The notes below the pieces were generated by a model. That model was not told where the DNA came from and searched no databases. It worked only from the letters and a program-made list of their open reading frames with translations. A stretch of 45,238 nt of DNA from contig JAFXST010000010.1 in NCBI GenBank assembly GCA_017525475.1, positions 1 to 45,238 on the forward strand, given 5' to 3'. The number at the start of each line of letters is the position of its first letter. Positions within the stretch are counted from its first letter, which is position 1. The position numbers were made by a program, and so were the translations under genes. The DNA comes from Kiritimatiellia bacterium. GTDB lineage: Bacteria > Verrucomicrobiota > Kiritimatiellia > RFP12 > UBA1067. Shown in pieces: positions 1 through 8,407 of this stretch.

Positions 1-2591
1 CACGTCTTGATTGTCCACTGCGCATAAAGCGTGGTGGCGCTCGTCGTATCCTTGTCCCACTTCTTGGCGCTTGTGCCATCGGCGTTGTAATACTTATTGC
101 CGTTTACTGCCGCATCGTAGAAGCCGGCAAAGGTATAGCCGGTCTTCGTGGGGAGCGCAAGCACAGTTGGCATCGTCGCATTGTAGGTGGCCTTCGTGCC
201 GGTCGCCATCTCACCCTCGCCGCCATTGGCGTCAAAAAAGAGCGTACTCTGCTTGGCCGTCCACTGCGCATAAAGCGTGGTGGCGCTCGTCGTATCTTTG
301 TCCCACTTCCTGGCGCTGGCGCCGGTGGCGGTATAGTATTTGCTTCCGCCCGAAGTCGCATCGTAAAACCCGGCAAAAATGTATCCGACCCTTGTCGGGA
401 GCGCAATCCCCGTGGGCATGGCCTCGCCGTAGGTTGCGGTTTTGCCCGTCGTCATCGTGCCGGTGCCGCCATTGGCGCTAAATTTAAGTTCGCACGTCTT
501 GATTGTCCACTGCGCATAAAGCGTGGTGGCGCTCGTCGTATCCTTGTCCCAATTCTTGGCGCTGGTGCCGTTGGCGTTGTAGTACTTGCTTCCGCCCTGC
601 TTCGCATCGTAAAACCCGGTAAACGTGTAGCCCGTGCGCGTGGGGAGCGTAAGCCCCGTGGGCATCGCCGCATCGTAAACGGCCACCTTGCCCGTAGTCA
701 TCGTGCCCGCGCCGCCATTGACGTTGAACGTCAAGGCGCTCTGCTTGGCCGTCCAATGCGCATAGAGCGTTTGCGCGGCGGTTATCTTAACCGTCGTTTC
801 GCCGGTAACCTCGGTGCCGCCGCTCGAAGTCGTGTACCATCCGGCAAAGGCGTAGCCGGTGCGCGTGGGCGTAGGCAAATCGCCGTAAGCCGCATCGTAC
901 GTTACCTCCTTCGAAGCGGTGGTTACGCTCCCGCCATTGGCATCGAACGTAACCGTATACGTATTGGCCGTCCAGTGCGCGTAGAGCGTTTGCGAATTGG
1001 TTATCGCAACCGTGGTGGTGGCGGTAATCTTGCTGCCGCCAGTCGTGGCCGTGTACCATCCCTTGAACGTATAGCCGGTACGCGTAGGCGTAGGCAAGGT
1101 GCCGTAGGTTGAATTGTAGGTAACCGTCGCCGAAGCGGGGCTCACATTTCCACCTTGGGCATCGAAAATAACGGTGTACGTATTGGCCGTCCAGCGCGCA
1201 TAGAGCGTGATGTCGGTGGTTATCTGTACCGTGGTGGAACTTGTGCGCTGGCTGCCGCCCGTCGCTTCCGTGTACCAACCGTTAAAGGTATAGCCGGTAC
1301 GCGCAGGCGTAGGCAAATCGCCGTAAGTAGCATTGTACGTAACCAGCTTGGAAGCGGGATCTACGCTACCGCCATTGGCGTCGAACGTAACCGTATACGT
1401 ATTGGCCGACCATTGCGCATAGAGCGTGGTGCCGCTCGTCGTATCTTTGTCCCAATTCTTGGCGCTGGCGCCGGTGGCTGTATAATATTTGTTGCCGCCC
1501 GAGACCGCATCGTAAAAGCCGGTAAACGTGTAGCCGGTGCGCGTGGGGAGCGCAATCGACGTGGGCATCGCCGCCGCATAAGTCGCTTTCTTGCCCGTAC
1601 TCATCGTGCCGGTGCCGCCATTGACGTTGAACGTCAAAGCGCTTTGCTTGGCCGTCCATGTCGCCTTGTAGGTGGCGTTGGAGGCGGGCACGGTGGCGGG
1701 CACAGCCGGGCTCCACTTGGAGAACGTATACCCCTTGCGCGTCACCGTGGGCGCCGTGAGCTGAGTAGCGTAATACAGCTTGTTGGTGGCGCCGGGCGTC
1801 CCCTTGTTGGCGTTGAAGCAAATCGTATACTGGTTGGTCTGCCACTGCGCGTACAGCGTAGTCGCTTTGGCCAAGTTGTTGGAGGTAATGGCCGGGTTGT
1901 AATACGGCGTCTTGATCATCGAGCCGCCAGTTTTGCTTGTCGACCAGCCCTTGAAGGTGCAGCCCGTATTCGTAACGAGATTGGACGCATACAACTCCAC
2001 GCCTAGGCAGCCGCCGGCGCCTTCGACCTCGAACCGGTTGGTGAACGTATTGCCGCCTTGCGTATTGAACTTGAACTCGCGGGCCTTGCGGATGAGCGGC
2101 ACCACCAGATACTGGGGATACCAGTTATTGCGTACATTGACCAGCTCGAGAATATTGGTCGCGATGAGAGCGTAAGTGTAGCCGCTTTTGTAGTCGGGCT
2201 TGGTGCCCTTCAAAAAGCCGTACGATACTTGGCCAGGGGGCGGAGTAATCTTGACCAAGAGATTGGTACCATGAAAACTGTCGCTCGGCGAATAAAGACT
2301 GTAGCGACTATCGGCCGTAACTTGGTAATCGCCAACTGCCAGCGGAGTTGGATCCAAATCCGGCCAAATCTTGAACGGCAGCGAAGCGCTAAGACAGCTG
2401 TTGGAGGCTACCACGATCTCCTCGAACGGCCGCGTGAAAGTCGGCTCGTTGTTGGCGGTAACCAGCCGCACCAGACATTCAAAGTCGCTACCGACATTCG
2501 CCTGTTCGGTAAGCGGCGTAAACGTCTCCGCCTGGACGAGGGCACACCACCCCATAGCCAGCAGTAACGCCAATCTGACTTTTTGCAACAT
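1..2591 (-). CDS. Secreted surface protein with InlB B-repeat/Listeria-Bacteroides (Flg_new) repeats, >863 aa, 3' end outside window
   Basis: Hand translation from ATG 2591 gives [21 protein letters not shown]|ET (signal peptide). About 9 repeats of the form Y.VTFDANGG...[14 protein letters not shown]...TLYAQW follow. The frame is open to the window edge, which explains its absence from the ORF track. Confidence 0.9.
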   Translation of the reverse strand, partial: MLQKVRLALLLAMGWCALVQAETFTPLTEQANVGSDFECLVRLVTANNEPTFTRPFEEIVVASNSCLSASLPFKIWPDLDPTPLAVGDYQVTADSRYSLYSPSDSFHGTNLLVKITPPPGQVSYGFLKGTKPDYKSGYTYALIATNILELVNVRNNWYPQYLVVPLIRKAREFKFNTQGGNTFTNRFEVEGAGGCLGVELYASNLVTNTGCTFKGWSTSKTGGSMIKTPYYNPAITSNNLAKATTLYAQWQTNQYTICFNANKGTPGATNKLYYATQLTAPTVTRKGYTFSKWSPAVPATVPASNATYKATWTAKQSALTFNVNGGTGTMSTGKKATYAAAMPTSIALPTRTGYTFTGFYDAVSGGNKYYTATGASAKNWDKDTTSGTTLYAQWSANTYTVTFDANGGSVDPASKLVTYNATYGDLPTPARTGYTFNGWYTEATGGSQRTSSTTVQITTDITLYARWTANTYTVIFDAQGGNVSPASATVTYNSTYGTLPTPTRTGYTFKGWYTATTGGSKITATTTVAITNSQTLYAHWTANTYTVTFDANGGSVTTASKEVTYDAAYGDLPTPTRTGYAFAGWYTTSSGGTEVTGETTVKITAAQTLYAHWTAKQSALTFNVNGGAGTMTTGKVAVYDAAMPTGLTLPTRTGYTFTGFYDAKQGGSKYYNANGTSAKNWDKDTTSATTLYAQWTIKTCELKFSANGGTGTMTTGKTATYGEAMPTGIALPTRVGYIFAGFYDATSGGSKYYTATGASARKWDKDTTSATTLYAQWTAKQSTLFFDANGGEGEMATGTKATYNATMPTVLALPTKTGYTFAGFYDAAVNGNKYYNADGTSAKKWDKDTTSATTLYAQWTIKT

Positions 2592-2599
2592 TATGGTAT

Positions 2600-2628
2600 A
2601 TTATACCAAAAATCCGCCCGAATTGCAA
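2600..2628 (-). promoter_or_regulatory. sigma70 promoter, (near-)leaderless
   Basis: TTGCAA-17-TATAAT with TGn extension; 8 nt from -10 to ATG; no SD. Confidence 0.75.
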
Positions 2629-2635
2629 GGGGAAA

Positions 2636-2729
2636 GTTAGCGGATAGCGGTTGGCGGTTGGTCGCTTGTCGTTAGTCTTTAGTCGTTGGTCGCTAGGGAA
2701 CCACGGAATACACGGAAGGCACGGAAAGG
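2636..2729. repeat. Degenerate heptamer tandem array (9x) followed by CACGGAA nonamer repeats (3x)
   Basis: GTTAGCG GATAGCG GTTGGCG GTTGGTC GCTTGTC GTTAGTC TTTAGTC GTTGGTC GCTAGGG; then CCACGGAAT ACACGGAAG GCACGGAAA. Confidence 0.75.
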
Positions 2730-2768
2730 TGATTGGTCTCCACGGAGGAAGTCTTAAGACTTCACTAT

Positions 2769-2860
2769 CTGATGTCTGCAGACTTTAGTACCTGATGTCT
2801 GCAGACTTTAGCACCTGATGTCTGCAGACTTTAGTACCTGAGTTCTTAAGACTTTAGTAC
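2769..2860. repeat. 23-bp tandem repeat x4 with palindromic core
   Basis: CTGATGTCTGCAGACTTTAGTAC at 2769, 2792 (1 mismatch), 2815, and a variant at 2838; core GTCTGCAGAC. Confidence 0.95.
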
Positions 2861-2862
2861 TT

Positions 2863-2906
2863 GTCGGCCAAGTGTCAAGTAAACGTCGGCCAAGTGTCAA
2901 GTAAAC
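2863..2906. repeat. 22-bp tandem repeat x2
   Basis: GTCGGCCAAGTGTCAAGTAAAC at 2863 and 2885, exact. Confidence 0.95.
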
Positions 2907-3152
2907 GTCAGACAGATACTGACAGTACTTGACAGCTTCCTGACAGCGACCTGACGTTAGGTTGACATGTGGATGGGCGATAATAGCGCCAAACAAAGGT
3001 AATCTACGGCAAACGGCAAGTTAGGTGCAAAAGGCATAGCAATCTCACAGTCAATAGCGCGCGCGCAAACATAGAGGCGAACACTTCCACTGTCTCAGGC
3101 GGCTATTCCCGTGGCTGCGGCGAACAGTTCTCGGCCTCACGGGAGCGACCGC

Positions 3153-3211
3153 AAAAGTGCGGGACTTTTTGGAAAAAGTGCCGGACTTTTCCCCAAAAGT
3201 CCCGCACTTTT
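3153..3211. repeat. Long inverted repeat built from three AAAAGT-N5-ACTTTT units
   Basis: Perfect 17-bp arms at 3153-3169 and 3195-3211; central unit at 3174-3190. Confidence 0.9.
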
Positions 3212-3251
3212 TGCCACATCCTCACGGCACATGAAACTGTCTACCACTGCA

Positions 3252-3283
3252 CAAAAAACACAAGGCGGGGAGTGATCCCCGCC
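3252..3283 (-). terminator. Rho-independent terminator of the 1621-aa gene
   Basis: GGCGGGGA-TCAC-TCCCCGCC followed by TTGTGTTTTTT, ~27 nt after the stop. Confidence 0.85.
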
Positions 3284-3310
3284 CTGTGTGTGCCAGATAT
3301 GGAGGCCTAG

Positions 3311-6300
3311 TTACTCCGCGGCCTCGGCAGCAGTGCGGCCGACCGAAATCGTGTAGTAGCGGACAGATTCCTCGTTACTCAGCGCCGGACCCGCAAGGCC
3401 AGTGGTGGTGGTGGTGGCCTGCGTGGCATCACCAGCGGCAAGCGAACTCGGCGAAGTACCCGACCTGACCACATACCACAGACCAGGAATGGTCTTGATA
3501 TTGAACGCCGGCGCAGTTGTTTCGTCCGGCATCGTCATCGGATCATCGGACGTATCCACCGCCGGCTTCACCGTTATCGTCTTGTCGCTGATCGTCACCG
3601 ACCCGTTCGCATTGAGGGCAAGCGTGATTGCGCCAGCGCTGCCACCAACCGTAAAGGCGCCGGAAATGTCGGTAGTACCGTACTTCACAATAACTTTATC
3701 AGTGGCAAGGCTGGTTCCGGTGGTAGTAACGCTCTCAACATTCGGCGGAACCACCACGCTACCTTCATAACCATCGCCAAGATTGATCGAGACCGAAGTG
3801 GTTTCAGTATCGGTGGTGACCGTCGTGACTGCGCTTGAACCTTCGCCCTCGCTCGACACCTTGCCGTCCACATACACGCCGTCATCGGCATAGTAGAGCG
3901 TCAAGGTCTGAGCTTCGCCGCCAATAGTTACTGTACCAGTGCCGTCAACTACCACATTGCCGCTCTTCGAGAGGAGCTTGGTGCCGGATGCAGTTGAAGT
4001 TCCGCCTGCCTTCGCCAACGTGGTAATGGTCACGGGAGTCTCGAGTGTCGAGGATATCGTGCCCGAATATCCTTCCGCGACTTTCGTGATTGTCACGTTC
4101 GGGGAGTTCTCGCTCGTGGGGAACGAGAGATTGCCGGTGCCCGTGATTTCCGCGAAAGTGTACGTCCAGGACGACATGGCGGTTATATTCATCGCGCCGT
4201 CTAGCCGGAGCGTCGGCGCGACGGTCCTGCCGACTTCGAGAATATACCCTTCCGTCATGCCTGCGAGAGCGACCGTCGAGCCCGTCGTACCGTAATTGTT
4301 GAAGTTGACGCCGCTGGAGGCCGAGAACGATGGCAGCTCCACCGTGCCTGTCCAACCCGTGAACGACGAAGGCGTCGCAGCCGGAATCGCCGCGTATGCA
4401 ATCGTGCCCGTGCCAGCAACGGCATTTGCGATAGAGCCGCCGGACGCCACATTAACCGTTCCGCTTATCGTCAGCGCCGCCGTGCCGGAAACCGCGCCAG
4501 AGACGGTGGTCGCACTGGGAATGTTCACGCTTCCATCGCCGTTGATTGTCGCAGCACCGATGTTCAGAGCCTCCACATCGTTTTTCGAGATATTAAGCGT
4601 CGAACCACTGTCGACCGTTATTGTCACGCCATCGAGTATCGCGCCGCTCGCGTCGCCGCCGTTAAGGAGCGACATCGCGCTCGTGCGGCTTATACGAATG
4701 TTGCCGACAAAGTCGTCCTTGATCCAGACCTTGCCGTTGGTCAAATCCGAATTGTCATTGATTACCATTTTGTCGTTGGGGAACATCACCGTCTGCGTGG
4801 TGAACGCGGAATCGACATACACTGTGCCGCAGTCCGTGCCGTTCATGTTACTTGCAAGATACCCGCTCTTGAAATACACCTCCGCGCCGTTTTCATGGTT
4901 TGGCGCGACGCGCATCGCGTAATAGCCGGACTTATAGACGAGCGAAACCGTGCGATAGGCGGCGCTCGGTGCGACAAGGTGCACCTTGGTGCTGTTTTCA
5001 TCGACATCGCTCGTGAGCGGAATGTCGGTAGTCGTGTAGATGTCGGAAATATCATAGCTGGAATAGTCGAACGTAATATCGCCGTCTTCCGTTATGGTCA
5101 TAGGACCGCCAGTCATATCGACCGCACCATACTCGTTCGTGACGGTAGTGCCGATGACGGTCATGCCGGTCACCTTGATATCTGCCGTGCCAGCCTTGAA
5201 AGTAGTAGCCGCACCGCCAATAGTGAGAGCTTCGTAGTATGTCTCGGAAGCAAGGTTGATCGTCACTTCGGTAGCGACACCAGCAGTAACGTTCAGCGAC
5301 GCGCCAGCAAGAGGAGTCCCTGTTTTTGTGTCGTCCGAATTGGACCAAACCTCGGAACTCTCGGTCGTATCAATCCAGTTCTCTGCCGCCGCCGTAAAGG
5401 TGCGTGAGGACGAACCATTGGGCGAAACATAGGGATATACCGCAGCATACTCGGCAATCTCGGCCGACGTAATGATGCGATCGTAAAGCCTGATGGTGTT
5501 AACCACGCCAGTTTCCGTAGCGGTGTCGGCATTTATATCTACAGCCTTATATGTGCCAGAAGCATCGTTCTTAATACTGCCTGATATGTCGGAACCAACC
5601 TGGATTTCCGTTGAAGTCCCTAGCGTTACCGCCGGGAAGGATGTTGTTTTCCACTTGATACCATCAAGGTATACGGTGAATGTAGTTACATCATCAGCAT
5701 CTTCCTTTGTAACGATGTAGGCGTGCCGCGCTGTAGCCGCATTCGGCACTGTCATAGGAGTCGTGGTGATGAGCGTAATTGTCTTACCGCTATTATATGC
5801 GATATATACCTCATCCTTGTTTTTTCCCGTGAGAATCAAGATGCCTTTATTTGATCCGCTACTGCTGCCAAGATGCAGGAATATACGGTTGGCCGTAGGT
5901 GACATGGTGCCGACAGCCGCAAGCGTGAGATGGTCTTGAAACTCCGAAATCTTACTGCCGGTGCTACTCATATACGGATGCCATTTTATGTACATGCCGG
6001 TAGTTTCATCATTGGCTACATTATTGTATGTCGGATTTTGTGCTGGGCTCGTCCACATTCCATCGTGACCGGACGAAGCGGAAACCTTATTGTAGACTAT
6101 TGTAAACGTGTTCGTATAGGAGATATCCAATACCGTTGCCGCACCGGAAATCTTGACCGTTCCGTAGTCAGACAAACGAGCCGTACCATCTGTGACAGTT
6201 GCGGCAGTCGACGTATCATCAGGGCGGGTAACGGTTACGGTCGCATTAGCCGGGACATTGGCAACCGAGAACGTGCCGTTGGCGTATTCCTCACGGGTTT

Positions 6301-8176
6301 CGGTTAGGGTAAATTCGCTAGTCCAAGTCAAAGATTCCAACCCAGTTGGCGACGTATAGGCAGACAAGTTACGCAAAGATCCACCATCCACAACGTATGT
6401 TACAGTCGTGCAAGAAGCGGGCAAGATGACATTGCCCAAGTCAAATGTGGTGGAACTGCCAAGCGCAAGCTTGAGCGTCGTAAGCGATGTGCAGGCGGAC
6501 AAATCCAGCTTGCCGCCGTTCTGCGCAGAAAAAGTCTGGGTCGCAAGCGTGGTGTCGGCCGGAATCGTCAACTCCGTTATGCTCGTATCCGAAACGGCCA
6601 GATTCATGCCAACCATTGCAAGTTTGGCGGATATTGCATTGTCCTTAACACCGGAAATTGTGGCAGCCCCGCTTCCATAAGCTATAATCGTACCGGTTGA
6701 ACCGGTGTTGATGGCTGGTATTGTCGAACCGTTGCCAACATTGAGTGTCCCATTTACATTAATCGCCCATGCATTCCAGATCTTTCCCGCCGCAACTGTC
6801 GCCGTTGCATCGGAAACAACCGTAATTGTTCCTGAGCGAGGAGCAAGCGAAGCACCGTCCCCGAGAACCACTCGCAAATAGAAATGTCCGGCAGAATCGG
6901 TACGCTCGCAATTGATCGTACCTGTAAACGCTGACGGATTCTTGAACACATAGCGCTGGGAGATGTCCCTTGTTGTACAGACAAGCGAGCCAGAACCTGT
7001 CAACTTGCCGAAAACCGCAATGCCATTGTCCGACCAACCGTTATCAACCGTGAAGGCTTTTGTACTTCCATCATCCTGCAGATCGAGAGTTCCGTCGGTA
7101 CTCTGCGGATTTTTTGCCACTGTACCAGAATCATTGAAATATCCCTTAACACCAGTAAGCCTAAGCGTTGAATTCGCACTCGTCACGTTTCCGGGGACAA
7201 GACCGACAATATTGCAGTTCTTGAGCCAGAGGACGCCGCTCCAATTACTGTCATTAAGCGTAAGTCCACTAGGAGTTGTCTCATAAACCAAGGTACCATT
7301 ACCCTTGACAGTACCGGAGAACGTACTGGCGGCGGGAACTACGACAGAACCGCCTTTAACAATGATTCCGTTTGCTGCGGTCAGCGTGTTGGCCCCCGCA
7401 AGTGTCAGTGTCTTGCCGGAGGTGACGGCAAATATGATGCTTTCCGCGCTGACTGCCGTATCGAGAGTAATGGTGCAATCGTCGGTTACAATGACAAGTA
7501 CAGGCGCAGTCGTGGCCGCCGTCCAGTCGGCAGGGACATTCTCCCAGCTAAGTTCACTCCAGTTGCCGCCAGCCGCAGTGGAGACTGATGCCATAACGGT
7601 TGCCACAAGTTCCTGTGTAGTTCGATACGAAGTCGACGAAGTACTTTGCACAACGGGGCTGTAATCGCCATTGGTCGTGTTAATCATATAGACACGCTGA
7701 AGGACATTCGTGCCATTGCCATCCTGCATTCCAAACGTGTTTGAAACTCCGGCCTTAACAATACATTCACTGCTCTCGCCGGCACTGCCAAAAGCAAGGG
7801 TCTGCTTCAGGGCATTGTTCTCTAATTTCGTTGTAGCCTGTTTTTGACCATTTCCATTAACCGGCCCGGAAATAACGGTATTGCCAAGAAAATCAACACA
7901 AGTGACATAAGTTGCGTTGCAAGAATCGTCCCTGGAGTTCATTCCATAGGCAAACGATTTCAACCTAACATACCCAGACGACAACGATGCCGTAGGGAAT
8001 GTCAGCGTATACGTATCTGTTGCGGCAAGGTTGCCCGCACTTTGCCTTGTGCTTTGACCTACGTTGGTGATGATTATATCATCGCCAGCCGCCGCCCATG
8101 CGCCGCTTGTTGCGCAGATGGCGATTAGCAGCGCAATGAGTCGTGCGCTGGTCAAACTCTTGATGAACTGTTGCAT
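3311..8176 (-). CDS. Large secreted T/S/G-rich beta-strand protein with LamG/concanavalin-like domain (adhesin-like), 1621 aa
   Basis: SD GAGGAGG at 8183-8189; signal peptide ending SGAWA; passenger-like repeats (TLTLAGANT, KLTGSGSL); LamG-like segment (HAYIVTK..FTVYLDG..IRLYDRIITSAEI). Confidence 0.85.
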   Translation of the reverse strand: MQQFIKSLTSARLIALLIAICATSGAWAAAGDDIIITNVGQSTRQSAGNLAATDTYTLTFPTASLSSGYVRLKSFAYGMNSRDDSCNATYVTCVDFLGNTVISGPVNGNGQKQATTKLENNALKQTLAFGSAGESSECIVKAGVSNTFGMQDGNGTNVLQRVYMINTTNGDYSPVVQSTSSTSYRTTQELVATVMASVSTAAGGNWSELSWENVPADWTAATTAPVLVIVTDDCTITLDTAVSAESIIFAVTSGKTLTLAGANTLTAANGIIVKGGSVVVPAASTFSGTVKGNGTLVYETTPSGLTLNDSNWSGVLWLKNCNIVGLVPGNVTSANSTLRLTGVKGYFNDSGTVAKNPQSTDGTLDLQDDGSTKAFTVDNGWSDNGIAVFGKLTGSGSLVCTTRDISQRYVFKNPSAFTGTINCERTDSAGHFYLRVVLGDGASLAPRSGTITVVSDATATVAAGKIWNAWAINVNGTLNVGNGSTIPAINTGSTGTIIAYGSGAATISGVKDNAISAKLAMVGMNLAVSDTSITELTIPADTTLATQTFSAQNGGKLDLSACTSLTTLKLALGSSTTFDLGNVILPASCTTVTYVVDGGSLRNLSAYTSPTGLESLTWTSEFTLTETREEYANGTFSVANVPANATVTVTRPDDTSTAATVTDGTARLSDYGTVKISGAATVLDISYTNTFTIVYNKVSASSGHDGMWTSPAQNPTYNNVANDETTGMYIKWHPYMSSTGSKISEFQDHLTLAAVGTMSPTANRIFLHLGSSSGSNKGILILTGKNKDEVYIAYNSGKTITLITTTPMTVPNAATARHAYIVTKEDADDVTTFTVYLDGIKWKTTSFPAVTLGTSTEIQVGSDISGSIKNDASGTYKAVDINADTATETGVVNTIRLYDRIITSAEIAEYAAVYPYVSPNGSSSRTFTAAAENWIDTTESSEVWSNSDDTKTGTPLAGASLNVTAGVATEVTINLASETYYEALTIGGAATTFKAGTADIKVTGMTVIGTTVTNEYGAVDMTGGPMTITEDGDITFDYSSYDISDIYTTTDIPLTSDVDENSTKVHLVAPSAAYRTVSLVYKSGYYAMRVAPNHENGAEVYFKSGYLASNMNGTDCGTVYVDSAFTTQTVMFPNDKMVINDNSDLTNGKVWIKDDFVGNIRISRTSAMSLLNGGDASGAILDGVTITVDSGSTLNISKNDVEALNIGAATINGDGSVNIPSATTVSGAVSGTAALTISGTVNVASGGSIANAVAGTGTIAYAAIPAATPSSFTGWTGTVELPSFSASSGVNFNNYGTTGSTVALAGMTEGYILEVGRTVAPTLRLDGAMNITAMSSWTYTFAEITGTGNLSFPTSENSPNVTITKVAEGYSGTISSTLETPVTITTLAKAGGTSTASGTKLLSKSGNVVVDGTGTVTIGGEAQTLTLYYADDGVYVDGKVSSEGEGSSAVTTVTTDTETTSVSINLGDGYEGSVVVPPNVESVTTTGTSLATDKVIVKYGTTDISGAFTVGGSAGAITLALNANGSVTISDKTITVKPAVDTSDDPMTMPDETTAPAFNIKTIPGLWYVVRSGTSPSSLAAGDATQATTTTTGLAGPALSNEESVRYYTISVGRTAAEAAE

Positions 8177-8328
8177 GGCGTACCTCCTCGTTGTCGATCG
8201 ATGCAGAATACGCCAAAGTATAGCTCGCCGCGTAGGCTACTACACAGCGAGACTATAGTTCTCTTATTAAGAGGCCCAAAATGGGATTTAGCGGTTTCCA
8301 CAAGGCTCTTGTTACAAGTTTCGCAAAT

Positions 8329-8358
8329 ATTATACCATATTCACCTCGTACTTGTCAA
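8329..8358 (-). promoter_or_regulatory. Consensus sigma70 promoter for the 1621-aa gene
   Basis: TTGACA-18-TATAAT with TGn extension; implies a ~145-nt leader. Confidence 0.8.
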
Positions 8359-8407
8359 GAGGGGCGGCGATAATTCTTGGGGCAGGTGCCCGCGCAGAAA
8401 AGCCCGC

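Noticed and set aside
1-1655. DGR template/variable repeat pair
   Set aside because: These are in-frame protein repeats, the differences are not adenine-specific, and there is no reverse transcriptase
2769-2906. CRISPR array
   Set aside because: Repeats are directly tandem with no spacers, and no cas genes are present
2808-2996. 62-aa ORF across the repeats
   Set aside because: No SD, a translation of non-coding repeats, atypical codons
3281-3296. TGGCAC-N5-GGGC sigma54-like site
   Set aside because: Poor -12 element, and it overlaps a terminator
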